Source of the DNA: Chloropicon primus
Lineage: Eukaryota
DNA: 64,000 bases
Reading direction: 5' to 3'
Assembly (NCBI GenBank): GCA_023205875.1
Contig: CP060765.1
Location: forward strand, 1-64,000
Shown here piece by piece: positions 44,256 to 53,774 of the stretch. A model generated the notes under the pieces. It did no database searches, was not told the DNA's origin, and saw only the letters and a list, made by a program, of their open reading frames with translations. The translations under genes were made by a program, and so were the position numbers. Each line of letters starts with the position of its first letter. Within the stretch, counting starts at the first letter, position 1.

Positions 44256-47200
44256 ATGAGGCGCGGGACGAGCGACAGGGGAAGGTCCCTCTTCCTCTTC
44301 CTCTTCCTCTTTCTCTTTCTCTTGCTTTTCTTTTTTTGCGTCGCCGTCGTCGAAACGGCTGGAGTGGTGGAGGTTGAGGTCTACACCAACGCGGAACAAG
44401 GAGGAGTGGATGGGATCGGTGGAGAGGATGGAGGACATCCTCCTCCTCCGCCGTACTTTGGTTCGGTCGATCTGCTGATACGTAACGGGGGTTCTTCCTC
44501 CGTGGACCTCGGTGATCTCACCGCGCACTTCTTCCTCGGTGAGGACCCCTCGAACGCGCACAAGTACGACGGTTTGGTTTGGAGTGCCCTGAGGGAGACT
44601 CGCGAAGGGAGCTTCGACTTTGTGGAGGACGTGGAGGTAACGTTCACGGAGTGCCATGGGAACGCGACGTCCTGGTCCGCGGAAGCGGGGGCGAGGGTGC
44701 GCATGGACATCGCCTTTGGGAAAAGCCAACACCTTCCTCCCGCGTCTAGGGCCCTCGTGAGGACGAGGGTGACCAAGAGGGTGTGGCCGCGCGAGCCGCT
44801 GGACGATGTGTCTCCATGGTCGCATCTCCGTGAGCTGGCGAGTCCTGTCGTCTTCTCGGCCTTGGACTCCAACCAAGAAAGCATGGTGCACTTTGCCGAG
44901 AACAGGAGGGTCGTGCTGAGCGACGGCAGCGGGAAAATCCTGTGGGGGCACTACCCGTCGGGGTATGATGCCGCCAGGAGCTCCGGCGAGGAGCTGTGCG
45001 GGATGAAGAGGGGGGGCGGCACCTCCAGGAAGACCGTCGCGAATTATGCGAGGAGGAGTCTGCTGCAGAACTTCGCGCAGGAGGTGTACCTGCAGGAGTT
45101 TTCCCTGCCTTGCGAGGACATCGGGAGCGTGATCCGGATGGATTCGAGGTTTGACGAGTCGTTGCCTCAGCTTCAGTACGTGAAGCTGCTCATTTCGAAC
45201 GAAGGGGAAGCGCCAGCGAGTCTTGACGGCCTGAGGATCCCCTTCCCCTACAGGGAGCTTGGCGAGGAGCACAAGCTTGTCGCGGCATGCACCAACCCGG
45301 TGTTGCTCGGCTCGAGCATGACGAACGCTTGGAGCGACGACATCTGTGACCACATCGACATCACTGTCTCTGAGGACGAGTTCGTCGTCGAGTTCAAGAA
45401 CTTCACGCTCTGTCCGTACTGCAGAATCGACGCGTTTTCCGACGCCTTGTCCCTGTTTGCTGTGTACGATGAGCATTGGCAGCGGGTGCAGATTGAAGTT
45501 ACCCTGGGAGCCTCCAGCTGCGCGTCGTCTGGCAGCGTGGTCTCTGACCCTTCCGCGCACATGTCGACGCTTTCGGTCAATCGCGTGAAGATGGACCCCG
45601 GCAACTGCCACACCATGCTCAATGTGCATTACGGCGGAACCATCCTGAGCAAGCCAGAACTCAAAGCAAGTTCTGCGACCGAGTGCTGCGATCTTTGCCA
45701 CAAGGAGCCCACTTGTAACGTTTGGACCTGGTGTGACAGTTTGATCGGATGCTCGAATGGAGAGGAGGACAAGTGTGTGCTCAAGTATGAGGTGGAGCTC
45801 GAGCCAACAATTTTGAGCAAGGGCAAATACACGCCCTGGGCATCGGGCTACTTGGGGTTGACCCAAGAGCCTATGCGCGCACCGCCAACAACAGTTTCAC
45901 CAACGTACACCTCGATCACGTCGTCATGCACGTCTGAGATCTCGGGCTTGGCAGCGGCTTGTACGAACGGCAACATGGCGTCCTCGATGAGTGTATCCCA
46001 GTGCTGCCAGAGGATTGCCGAGACAGACAGCATGTGCTTGTGCAACAAAGATTTTGGGTTTGAGATGGCTGCGATGCAGGAATCTCTCGAGACTTTTTCT
46101 GAGAGTCAGTGTAGCCACATTCCCTGCGCCAGCAGTGCAATCGCTGCACCAATACAGCAGAAGTCTTTGGCAGGGTCTCCATTGTCCAGAAAGAGCGGTA
46201 CCGCCGCACAAGGACAGCAGGGGCAGCCTGCCAAATCCCAAGCCCAGGGCCGCGCGCCCTTGCTCCCCCCAAACTGCGGTTTGGAAAACATCAAGACCGA
46301 TCTCGTCATGGAAAGCAACAGCAATTACAACAAGATCTTCTTGGTGGGATCTCTGACCAACACCGCAAGGAGGAGCGTGACGCTCGGCGACTTCACGGTC
46401 CCTATATTCTTCAGCAGGGGCGCCAAGGGCTACGACAACAAGTGGTACAGGGCAAATCCAGATGAATTTGTGGTGGAATGCAAAGATCCTGTGATCACTA
46501 CGACCCAGTTTGGCACCGTCGAACGAAGGCGCATGAGTTGCGACAACATGAAGGTCACAGTTGACGAAGAAGGAATCCTTTTCATGCTCCGCGGCGTGGA
46601 GCTGTGCCCTGGATGCTCCATCGGAGGTTCACAAGAGATGCCTATGTGGGAGATCAGGCACGCTGCCAACTTTCCTTTGGACTTCATCCATATCAACCCA
46701 GCCTTGGCATCCAACGGCCCAATCATTGGGAAACCTTTCTGCGACACTTTTGAAGACAGTTTGGAGATTCAGGAGGCCCTTGAGATGAATCCCATGGATA
46801 TGAACGTCCAGCCCCAGGAAATTTCGGACCAGGTGTGGAGGGAGCCCTCCGACACCAATACTGCCCAAGATCTTCTGCTCGGTACTCCCACAAGCGCAGG
46901 AGGTTTGGCTGGCTCAGAACCGGGCATCGGCAATGCCGCTGCGCTCAATGTTGGGCAAAAACCGTATCAGACTGTGACCCCGGATCAGCTGCGGCTGCTT
47001 GCTCCCGGGCAAGCTGCCATGCTGCTTAAGGACATGCACCCAGCTGCGGCAGCTCAAGCTCTGGCTGGACTGCAGCCACAAGAGGCCATTCCCATTTTGC
47101 AAGCGATGTCTCCCGCTGACGCTGGGAAAATCGCAGATGCAATGCCAGGCCCAGATGTCGCTGACTTGCTGAGGTACATGCAGCCAAATGCTGCATCTCA

Positions 47201-50200
47201 GCTTGTGGCAGCAATGTCTCCCGTGGTGGCAGCGAGTGCCTTGCAGCAGCTTCAGCCTCAGCAAGCTCAGGCCATCCTTTCATTGGTGGATAACCAGCAT
47301 GCCACTAGGTTACAGAACGCGATGCCTCCAGCTTCCGCGAGTCCAGGCAGATTGTCAAGACTGCCACCTGCTCAGGCGGCAGCCTTGCTCCAGCAATTGT
47401 ACCCAGCTCAGGCCGCCGCGGCACTGAGGGGACTGACGCCTGCCCAGGCAGCTGCGATACTCGAGGTCATGCCCCCGGAGGATGCTGCCCAGATCATGGA
47501 TGTGATGCCCGGCGGGGCTGCTGCTGACTTGCTTGGGGCGATGGATCCGTACGCCGCCCAGCAGCTGTTTAGCAATATGTCTCCCGTTGTGAGTGCCGAT
47601 GCTTTGAGGCAGATGCCTCCGGAGAAAGCCAGTGCTTTGATGACTTCGACGTCTACTCCAAGTTCAAGACAACCCATAGGAGCAGGAACGCCCATAGTCA
47701 CATCGCAACAGCTTGCTGCGATGAGTCCGGCACAAGCGGCCATGGCGCTGAGGGGAATGAGTCCCATGCAAGCTGCTGAGGCCCTTGCCGGTCTCGAGCC
47801 ATGGCGGGCTGCCCCCATTTTGCAAGCACTATCTCCAACGGACGCTGGTCCAATCATGGATTCCATGCCCGGAACAGAAATTGCTGGCATACTGAGGTAC
47901 ATGGATCCTGCGGAAGCAGCAGCGCTTTTGGAGCAGATGTCTCCCGTGGTGGCAGCGAGTGCCTTGCAGCAGCTTCAGCCTCAGCAAGCTCAGACCATAT
48001 TGGGCCTCATGGACAACAGGGACGCTACGAGGTTGCAGAATGCGATGCCTCCAGCTTCCGCGAGTCCTTTGAGACTTTCGCGGATGAGCCCAGCACAAGC
48101 CGCTACCTTGCTCCAGCAATTGTACCCAACTCAGGCCGCCGCGGCACTGAGGGGACTGACGCCTGCCCAGGCAGCTGCGATACTCGAGGTCATGCCCCCG
48201 GAGGATGCTGCCCAGATCATGGATGTGATGCCCGGCGGGGCTGCTGCTGACTTGCTTGGGGCGATGGATCCGTACGCCGCCCAGCAGCTGTTTAGCAATA
48301 TGTCTCCCGTTGTGAGTGCCGATGCTTTGAGGCAGATGCCTCCGGAGAAAGCCAGTGCTTTGATGACTTCGACGTCTACTCCAAGTTCAAGACAACCCAT
48401 AGGAGCAGGAACGCCCATAGTCACATCGCAACAGCTTGCTGCGATGAGTCCGGCACAAGCGGCCATGGCGCTGAGGGGAATGAGTCCCATGCAAGCTGCT
48501 GAGGCCCTTGCCGGTCTCGAGCCATGGCGGGCTGCCCCCATTTTGCAAGCACTATCTCCAACGGACGCTGGTCCAATCATGGATTCCATGCCCGGAACAG
48601 AAATTGCTGGCATACTGAGGTACATGGATCCTGCGGAAGCAGCAGCGCTTTTGGAGCAGATGTCTCCCGTGGTGGCAGCGAGTGCCTTGCAGCAGCTTCA
48701 GCCTCAGCAAGCTCAGACCATATTGGGCCTCATGGACAACAGGGACGCTACGAGGTTGCAGAATGCGATGCCTCCAGCTTCCGCGAGTCCTTTGAGACTT
48801 TCGCGGATGAGCCCAGCACAAGCCGCTACCTTGCTCCAGCAATTGTACCCAACTCAGGCCGCCGCGGCACTGAGGGGACTGACGCCTGCCCAGGCAGCTG
48901 CGATACTCGAGGTCATGCCCCCGGAGGATGCTGCCCAGATCATGGATGTGATGCCCGGCGGGGCTGCTGCTGACTTGCTTGGGGCGATGGATCCGTACGC
49001 CGCCCAGCAGCTGCTGAACAACATGTCTCCTCTCGTGCGCGCCAATGCACTGAGGCATTTAGGCAATCCAAGCGCGGCTGGGGATCTTGCAGGGCAGGAT
49101 GGTCGATTTGGGCAAATACAGAATGACGGTGAGGTACCTATAGTGGATGCGTCTGCGATACACCTTTTTGATATCGAGAAAGCACAGCAGATAGGCACGC
49201 CGATGGACCTGAATGGCCTGACACAGCAAGAGAAGGACGCTTTGCTAGCCGAGCTCTTAGCAAGGGCTGGAAGGCCTGTTGGTTCCGTTGCCGAACAAAT
49301 AGATGTGGCAGTGGCCAACTCCGATCCCGTGACTCTTCCTCCTGGGGCGTTGGACGAACAAGCAAACGCAGAGGAAGAGGGCATCCTCATTGAGTTCTCA
49401 AGATGGGCCAAAAAGAGTGATTTGTGGGAAAAGGCTGACGCGTCAGAGTTTGAACTTTCGTCGCCAGACTACGTGCAGGGGGAAGCTGTGCTGGTTGATA
49501 GAGAAGATAGCATCGAGGCAAGACTCCCCACGAAAGTGAAATCGGTTACGCTGAAGCACAAATTGGATGCAGAGCTTGACCCTCGTACTCCCACTATTTC
49601 TACGGCGAGCGGCGAGGACTACGAGGCAGTGCTTATGGAGGATGCCACCCTGTGGCTCATTAAGGACGCCAGTTTCGACGACGTCGGGGATGCCATTGAT
49701 GGAGCCGAAGCTACTGGAATCGGTGGTGGTAAAGATGACACGGTGAGGCTTGTGAGCGACGTTTCACCCTTGCAGGCTGCGAGAGTTCTCGATTCGGTGG
49801 ATGATGCTCTCGCGGCCGACATCCTGGCGGAGATGCCCCTTGAAGATATTGCGAGGGTCATCGCATTGCTGCCTGCGGACAGAGCAAAAAGGCTGATCGA
49901 GCTGTTGCCTAAGGACAGGCAAGAGGAGCTGATCCCGTTGCTGGATGGGGTGGACGCCATCGCGTTTGAAGCCATAGCCGATTTCATGCCTTGCGAGTCT
50001 GAAAAATTCCAAGTGAGTTTGAGAAGCAAAGTGCTGAACGGGGGCACGCGGTATGGGATCACGGGGACCATCGAGAACCCCACCAATCAAACGCTTTCTC
50101 TCAAGGGCCTGGAGATCAGAGTTGGGCTCAGTCCCTGGGTGAAGGATGCCACTGGAGTGTGGGAGCGAGCCGATAACGCGGATTACACCGTGCGCTGTGC

Positions 50201-50783
50201 GTGGCTTGGGATCGGATCGGTGAACTTTTGTGACACGGCCAGCGTTGTGATGGAAAACCACACGGCTGTAATCACGCTTCAAGGCCAGCTCAGGGCCGGG
50301 GAGAAAGTCAGCGGGCCTCCTGACGGAATTCTCATGGAGGTTGGAAGGAGGGGAAGAGCCCTGGACTTGAAGAATTTGCCCCTGATCGGCGTCGCTTGCC
50401 CCGGCCAGGAGGTAGGCCAGAGCATGTCGAGGTTTGAAGCTGATCAGGTAGGCGCTGGAGACTTGGTGACAATCGATTTCTCGCCCTGGATGAGGGCCGC
50501 GGGATCAAGCACCTGGCAGCGAGGCAGTGAGGACGAGTTTTCGTTGTCCTGCAAAAGCGGCGCGGATGCCTGCCCTGGTGTAGGCCAAGCAACTCTATCC
50601 ACGTCTTCCTCGGGCCAAGCACTGGAGGCTTCCTTTGTCGCGAGTGAGCCTGTGGACATCCTCCTTACCGCGAAAGACGGCTCGGAGCTCGACTTCAGAG
50701 AGCCCATTGTCACGAGCGGGTTCGACGCTTCGGCAAAACTGGTGAACAACGGGACAGCGTGGGATATTCAGCTGTCCAAGTAA
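44256..50783 (+). CDS. Large putative secreted protein with a PAN/apple-like Cys module and long MgtE-N-like helical repeats
   Basis: ~2175-aa ORF; hydrophobic N-terminus; SATECCDLCHKEPTCNVWTWC...CVLK; repeats such as DAAQIMDVMPGGAAADLLGAMDP. Confidence 0.75.
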   Translation: MRRGTSDRGRSLFLFLFLFLFLLLFFFCVAVVETAGVVEVEVYTNAEQGGVDGIGGEDGGHPPPPPYFGSVDLLIRNGGSSSVDLGDLTAHFFLGEDPSNAHKYDGLVWSALRETREGSFDFVEDVEVTFTECHGNATSWSAEAGARVRMDIAFGKSQHLPPASRALVRTRVTKRVWPREPLDDVSPWSHLRELASPVVFSALDSNQESMVHFAENRRVVLSDGSGKILWGHYPSGYDAARSSGEELCGMKRGGGTSRKTVANYARRSLLQNFAQEVYLQEFSLPCEDIGSVIRMDSRFDESLPQLQYVKLLISNEGEAPASLDGLRIPFPYRELGEEHKLVAACTNPVLLGSSMTNAWSDDICDHIDITVSEDEFVVEFKNFTLCPYCRIDAFSDALSLFAVYDEHWQRVQIEVTLGASSCASSGSVVSDPSAHMSTLSVNRVKMDPGNCHTMLNVHYGGTILSKPELKASSATECCDLCHKEPTCNVWTWCDSLIGCSNGEEDKCVLKYEVELEPTILSKGKYTPWASGYLGLTQEPMRAPPTTVSPTYTSITSSCTSEISGLAAACTNGNMASSMSVSQCCQRIAETDSMCLCNKDFGFEMAAMQESLETFSESQCSHIPCASSAIAAPIQQKSLAGSPLSRKSGTAAQGQQGQPAKSQAQGRAPLLPPNCGLENIKTDLVMESNSNYNKIFLVGSLTNTARRSVTLGDFTVPIFFSRGAKGYDNKWYRANPDEFVVECKDPVITTTQFGTVERRRMSCDNMKVTVDEEGILFMLRGVELCPGCSIGGSQEMPMWEIRHAANFPLDFIHINPALASNGPIIGKPFCDTFEDSLEIQEALEMNPMDMNVQPQEISDQVWREPSDTNTAQDLLLGTPTSAGGLAGSEPGIGNAAALNVGQKPYQTVTPDQLRLLAPGQAAMLLKDMHPAAAAQALAGLQPQEAIPILQAMSPADAGKIADAMPGPDVADLLRYMQPNAASQLVAAMSPVVAASALQQLQPQQAQAILSLVDNQHATRLQNAMPPASASPGRLSRLPPAQAAALLQQLYPAQAAAALRGLTPAQAAAILEVMPPEDAAQIMDVMPGGAAADLLGAMDPYAAQQLFSNMSPVVSADALRQMPPEKASALMTSTSTPSSRQPIGAGTPIVTSQQLAAMSPAQAAMALRGMSPMQAAEALAGLEPWRAAPILQALSPTDAGPIMDSMPGTEIAGILRYMDPAEAAALLEQMSPVVAASALQQLQPQQAQTILGLMDNRDATRLQNAMPPASASPLRLSRMSPAQAATLLQQLYPTQAAAALRGLTPAQAAAILEVMPPEDAAQIMDVMPGGAAADLLGAMDPYAAQQLFSNMSPVVSADALRQMPPEKASALMTSTSTPSSRQPIGAGTPIVTSQQLAAMSPAQAAMALRGMSPMQAAEALAGLEPWRAAPILQALSPTDAGPIMDSMPGTEIAGILRYMDPAEAAALLEQMSPVVAASALQQLQPQQAQTILGLMDNRDATRLQNAMPPASASPLRLSRMSPAQAATLLQQLYPTQAAAALRGLTPAQAAAILEVMPPEDAAQIMDVMPGGAAADLLGAMDPYAAQQLLNNMSPLVRANALRHLGNPSAAGDLAGQDGRFGQIQNDGEVPIVDASAIHLFDIEKAQQIGTPMDLNGLTQQEKDALLAELLARAGRPVGSVAEQIDVAVANSDPVTLPPGALDEQANAEEEGILIEFSRWAKKSDLWEKADASEFELSSPDYVQGEAVLVDREDSIEARLPTKVKSVTLKHKLDAELDPRTPTISTASGEDYEAVLMEDATLWLIKDASFDDVGDAIDGAEATGIGGGKDDTVRLVSDVSPLQAARVLDSVDDALAADILAEMPLEDIARVIALLPADRAKRLIELLPKDRQEELIPLLDGVDAIAFEAIADFMPCESEKFQVSLRSKVLNGGTRYGITGTIENPTNQTLSLKGLEIRVGLSPWVKDATGVWERADNADYTVRCAWLGIGSVNFCDTASVVMENHTAVITLQGQLRAGEKVSGPPDGILMEVGRRGRALDLKNLPLIGVACPGQEVGQSMSRFEADQVGAGDLVTIDFSPWMRAAGSSTWQRGSEDEFSLSCKSGADACPGVGQATLSTSSSGQALEASFVASEPVDILLTAKDGSELDFREPIVTSGFDASAKLVNNGTAWDIQLSK
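47210..49012 (+). repeat. Intragenic 723-bp (241-aa) tandem repeat, about 2.5 copies
   Basis: Identical alternative-frame ORFs offset by 723 (47408/48131; 47801/48524). Confidence 0.92.
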
Positions 50784-51107
50784 CGCCCCCCCCTCGGACC
50801 TTTGTGTACAACAACAAGATTTTTTTCCTTCTCTTATTGATATGAACTTTGCTTGTAGTCTATTAGAGATTCTTCTTCCTTGTTACTTGATGGTGATGGT
50901 GTATCAGCCGGGGAAGGGTGAAAGAAAGAGAGATGGGTTGGACAAGAAAACGTTAAATTCATATACGTTTCAATGAGCTTTGTTTTTTTTTTACACTAGG
51001 GCCTTAGGCGGCGGCCTCCTCCTCTTCTCCTTCAGGCTTTGGTTCTCCATCCTCTGCATCCTCCTTGGCATCCGCAGCAGTCTTTGCCTTTGCTTCCGCT
51101 TCCTCCG
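50673..51107. repeat. Left copy of a direct duplication (end of the large gene, intergenic region, 3' end of RSP3)
   Basis: aaagacggctcggagctcgacttcagagagc...cctccg matches 53309-53774 apart from small indels and substitutions. Confidence 0.95.
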
Positions 51108-51261
51108 ATTTTATCCGAAAAAATATCTTTGTTCCCCTTGAAAAAATAAGCGGCCGTGACACCCTGAAGCACTGGGCGGAGTCTGGCCCCATCAAAGTGA
51201 CATCCAGGCGGGAGGCAAAGGTCAGCGCTGGGCTCTAGGACGTAAACCGCGTGGCATTCGG

Positions 51262-52839
51262 ATGAACGCTACTGCCGGCTCGCTCGGCGTCCACGACGCG
51301 GGCGGTGCGACGGATTTTGGCGCAGGTTTGAGCCTCGAAGGTGCGCGTGACAAAGCAAAGGAGGCGCTGCTCCAGTGGGAGATCGAAGTCTGCGCCGTCG
51401 CGGTGCTCATGTCAAAAAAGGGCCTGCGGGTTGTCGACGAGAGCCGCCGCCACCTAGAACTCCTCCCCCCAGATCGCTATGGGACGATCTCGTACTGGGC
51501 CAAGTGGGCGTGTGGCACGGCGCAGTTGTCGATGGCCGCTAAGATCTTCACACAAGCCGAGCTCGACGTGGAGCTCGGTGGCAGCGAGGGTGCGATGAAT
51601 GAGACCTCGCTCGGTCTGGTCCAGCCGGAATCACGGCGCTTCTCCGTCGGCGCCCACGTCCGCGTGCGCTCCGAGGCCGACTCTGTGCGTTGGCGCCGGC
51701 CGCATCTACGGACGCCTGGCTACGTCCACGGCGCGTGTGGTGTCATTGTGCGCGCCCAGGGCCCCTTCGCCAACCCGGAGGAGGTCTCCTTCTACAGTCA
51801 AGGGCCACGGAGGACCGATGCCCTCCTCTACACGGTGCGCTTCCTCCAAGCGGAGTTGTGGCCGCACTACACCGGTGGAGAGGCGGACACCGTCGATGTG
51901 GACATCTTCGAAGGCTGGCTTGCCGACGCCGAGGCCGATGACGATGCCAATGCCGGCAGCTACGACGGTGCGCCGTCTCTGTGGCGCGGCCGCGGCTCGA
52001 GCCTCGTGCGCATTCGCACAGCGGATAGTCGGAAGGCGCGGCGTGTTGGCAATGCCCAAGGCCACGTGCATCATCACTCGAGGGAGGCCGTCGAGCGCGC
52101 GGCGGTCGATCGCGAGGCAGCGCACAACAACAGGGTGGACAAGGACGGAGCATTCGCCGCCCTGCACGCTGCGACGGTGCGGCTGCTCGTGGCCAAGGGC
52201 ATCCTCGCACGCGATGAGCTCCGCGCGATGGTCGAGACGTTGGATACCATGGCGTACGGCCAGACGATGGAGGGCGCCAAACTCGTCGCGCGCGCGTGGT
52301 GCGACGAGGCGTTCAAGGCCCTCCTGCTCACGGCTCCCGCCAAGGCCATCGAGGCGGCGGGGCTCACACAGATCGTCGACGCGCGCGGTGGCATCGGCTC
52401 GACGCGTGCAGGCATCGGTCACCTCGAGTACATGGGCACAGCCTCGCGCGGTGCTCCATCGCAGGCGCTTGCGCCGATTGGCGACACGGAGCTCGTGGTG
52501 GTCGAGAACACCGACGAGGTTCATAATCTCGTCGTCTGTACCTTGTGCTCCTGCTACCCGCGCGCGCTCCTCGGGTTGCCGCCACGGTACTTCACCTCGC
52601 GCGCGTACCGTGCGCGTGCCGTCTGCGAGCCGCGCGCCGTGCTGGAGGAATTCGGGTGCGCGTTACGGCCGTCGGTTACGACCGTCCGCGTGCACGACTC
52701 CACCGCAGACGTCCGCTTCCTCGTGCTCCCCCAGCGCCCTGCGGGGACGGAGGGATGGTCGGAGGAGGAGCTGAGGCCGCTCGCGACGCGGGACTGCCTC
52801 GTCGGTGTCGCGCTGCCGGTGGTGGGTGAGCAGCGGTGA
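51262..52839 (+). CDS. Fused beta-alpha nitrile hydratase, cobalt-type signature
   Basis: Beta: GVHDAGG, SYWAKW, RFSVG..VRV, HLRTPGYVHG. His linker GHVHHHS. Alpha: GAKLVARAW.D..FK, VENTDEVHNLVVCTLCSCYP, VHDSTADVRFLVLPQRPAGTEGWSEEEL. Confidence 0.95.
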   Translation: MNATAGSLGVHDAGGATDFGAGLSLEGARDKAKEALLQWEIEVCAVAVLMSKKGLRVVDESRRHLELLPPDRYGTISYWAKWACGTAQLSMAAKIFTQAELDVELGGSEGAMNETSLGLVQPESRRFSVGAHVRVRSEADSVRWRRPHLRTPGYVHGACGVIVRAQGPFANPEEVSFYSQGPRRTDALLYTVRFLQAELWPHYTGGEADTVDVDIFEGWLADAEADDDANAGSYDGAPSLWRGRGSSLVRIRTADSRKARRVGNAQGHVHHHSREAVERAAVDREAAHNNRVDKDGAFAALHAATVRLLVAKGILARDELRAMVETLDTMAYGQTMEGAKLVARAWCDEAFKALLLTAPAKAIEAAGLTQIVDARGGIGSTRAGIGHLEYMGTASRGAPSQALAPIGDTELVVVENTDEVHNLVVCTLCSCYPRALLGLPPRYFTSRAYRARAVCEPRAVLEEFGCALRPSVTTVRVHDSTADVRFLVLPQRPAGTEGWSEEELRPLATRDCLVGVALPVVGEQR

Positions 52840-53085
52840 ACAAGCGCACGATGTGAAGAAGTGGCAAGTGCAACGCGACCTCAGACCTCAGACCTCGCTC
52901 TTGCGCGGCGCATCCTCTACCTTGGTGGACCGTCATTGACCCAAGACCAAGGCAAGAGCCTGACATAACCGTAGACACCGTAGACAGAAGACAAGGACGG
53001 ATGCTGCTGTCTTGTGTGGAAGATGGATCTCGGCACGGGCGGGTGCTGGATATTGCATGATCCTATGACTCGCGTTGTCGTGTAA

Positions 53086-53308
53086 TCCTCAATCCTGCTT
53101 GGCGATACCTTGGTGATGTGCAAGGTTTCGACCGTATTTCACATGACGGTCATTACGTTTGAGGCGCCCGAGCTGGAAGACCCTGACCTCAGCTTCCAAT
53201 ACAAGCGGGTGGTGTCCACCGATCCTGGCGTCAAGACTTTCCAGACAGGGTATTCTCCAACCACCGGCCAATACGGCGAGCTGCTGAAAGGCACGGATGT
53301 CGGATGTC
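53086..53308 (+). mobile_element. Truncated Fanzor2/IS607-TnpB-like fragment (RuvC-I region only)
   Basis: KRVVSTDPGVKTFQTGYSP matches the recalled (V/I)xxDPGxRTFxTxY RuvC-I signature; the frame is cut at the duplication junction 53309. Confidence 0.7.
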
Positions 53309-53774
53309 AAAGACGGCTCGGAGCTCGACTTCAGAGAGCCCATTGTCACGAGCGGGTTCGACGCTTCGGCAAAACTGGTGAACAACGGGACAGCGTGGGA
53401 TATTCAGCTGTCCAAGTAACGCCCCCCCCTCGGACCTTTGTGTACAACAACAAGATTTTTTTCCTTCTCTTATTGATATGAACTTTGCTTGTAGTCTATT
53501 AGAGATTCTTCTTCCTTCCTTGTTACTTGATGGTGATGGTGTATCAGCCGGGGAAGGGGAAGGGTGAAAGAAAGAGAGATGGGTTGGACAAGAAAACGTT
53601 AAATTCATATACGTTTCAATGAGCTTTGTTTTTTTTTTACACTAGGGCCTTAGGCGGCGGCCTCCTCCTCGTCTCCCTCAGGCTTTGGTTCTCCATCCTC
53701 TGCATCCTCCTTGGCATCCTTGGCAGCCTCCTCGGTGGCCTTTTCCTCCGCAGCAGCCTTTGCTTCCTCCTCCG
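53309..53774. repeat. Right copy of the direct duplication
   Basis: Matches 50673-51107; supplies the functional 3' end of RSP3. Confidence 0.95.

Noticed and set aside
53309..53481. C-terminal part of ORF 53110-53481 as a Fanzor continuation
   Set aside because: After 53308 the sequence is the duplicated host segment read out of frame.
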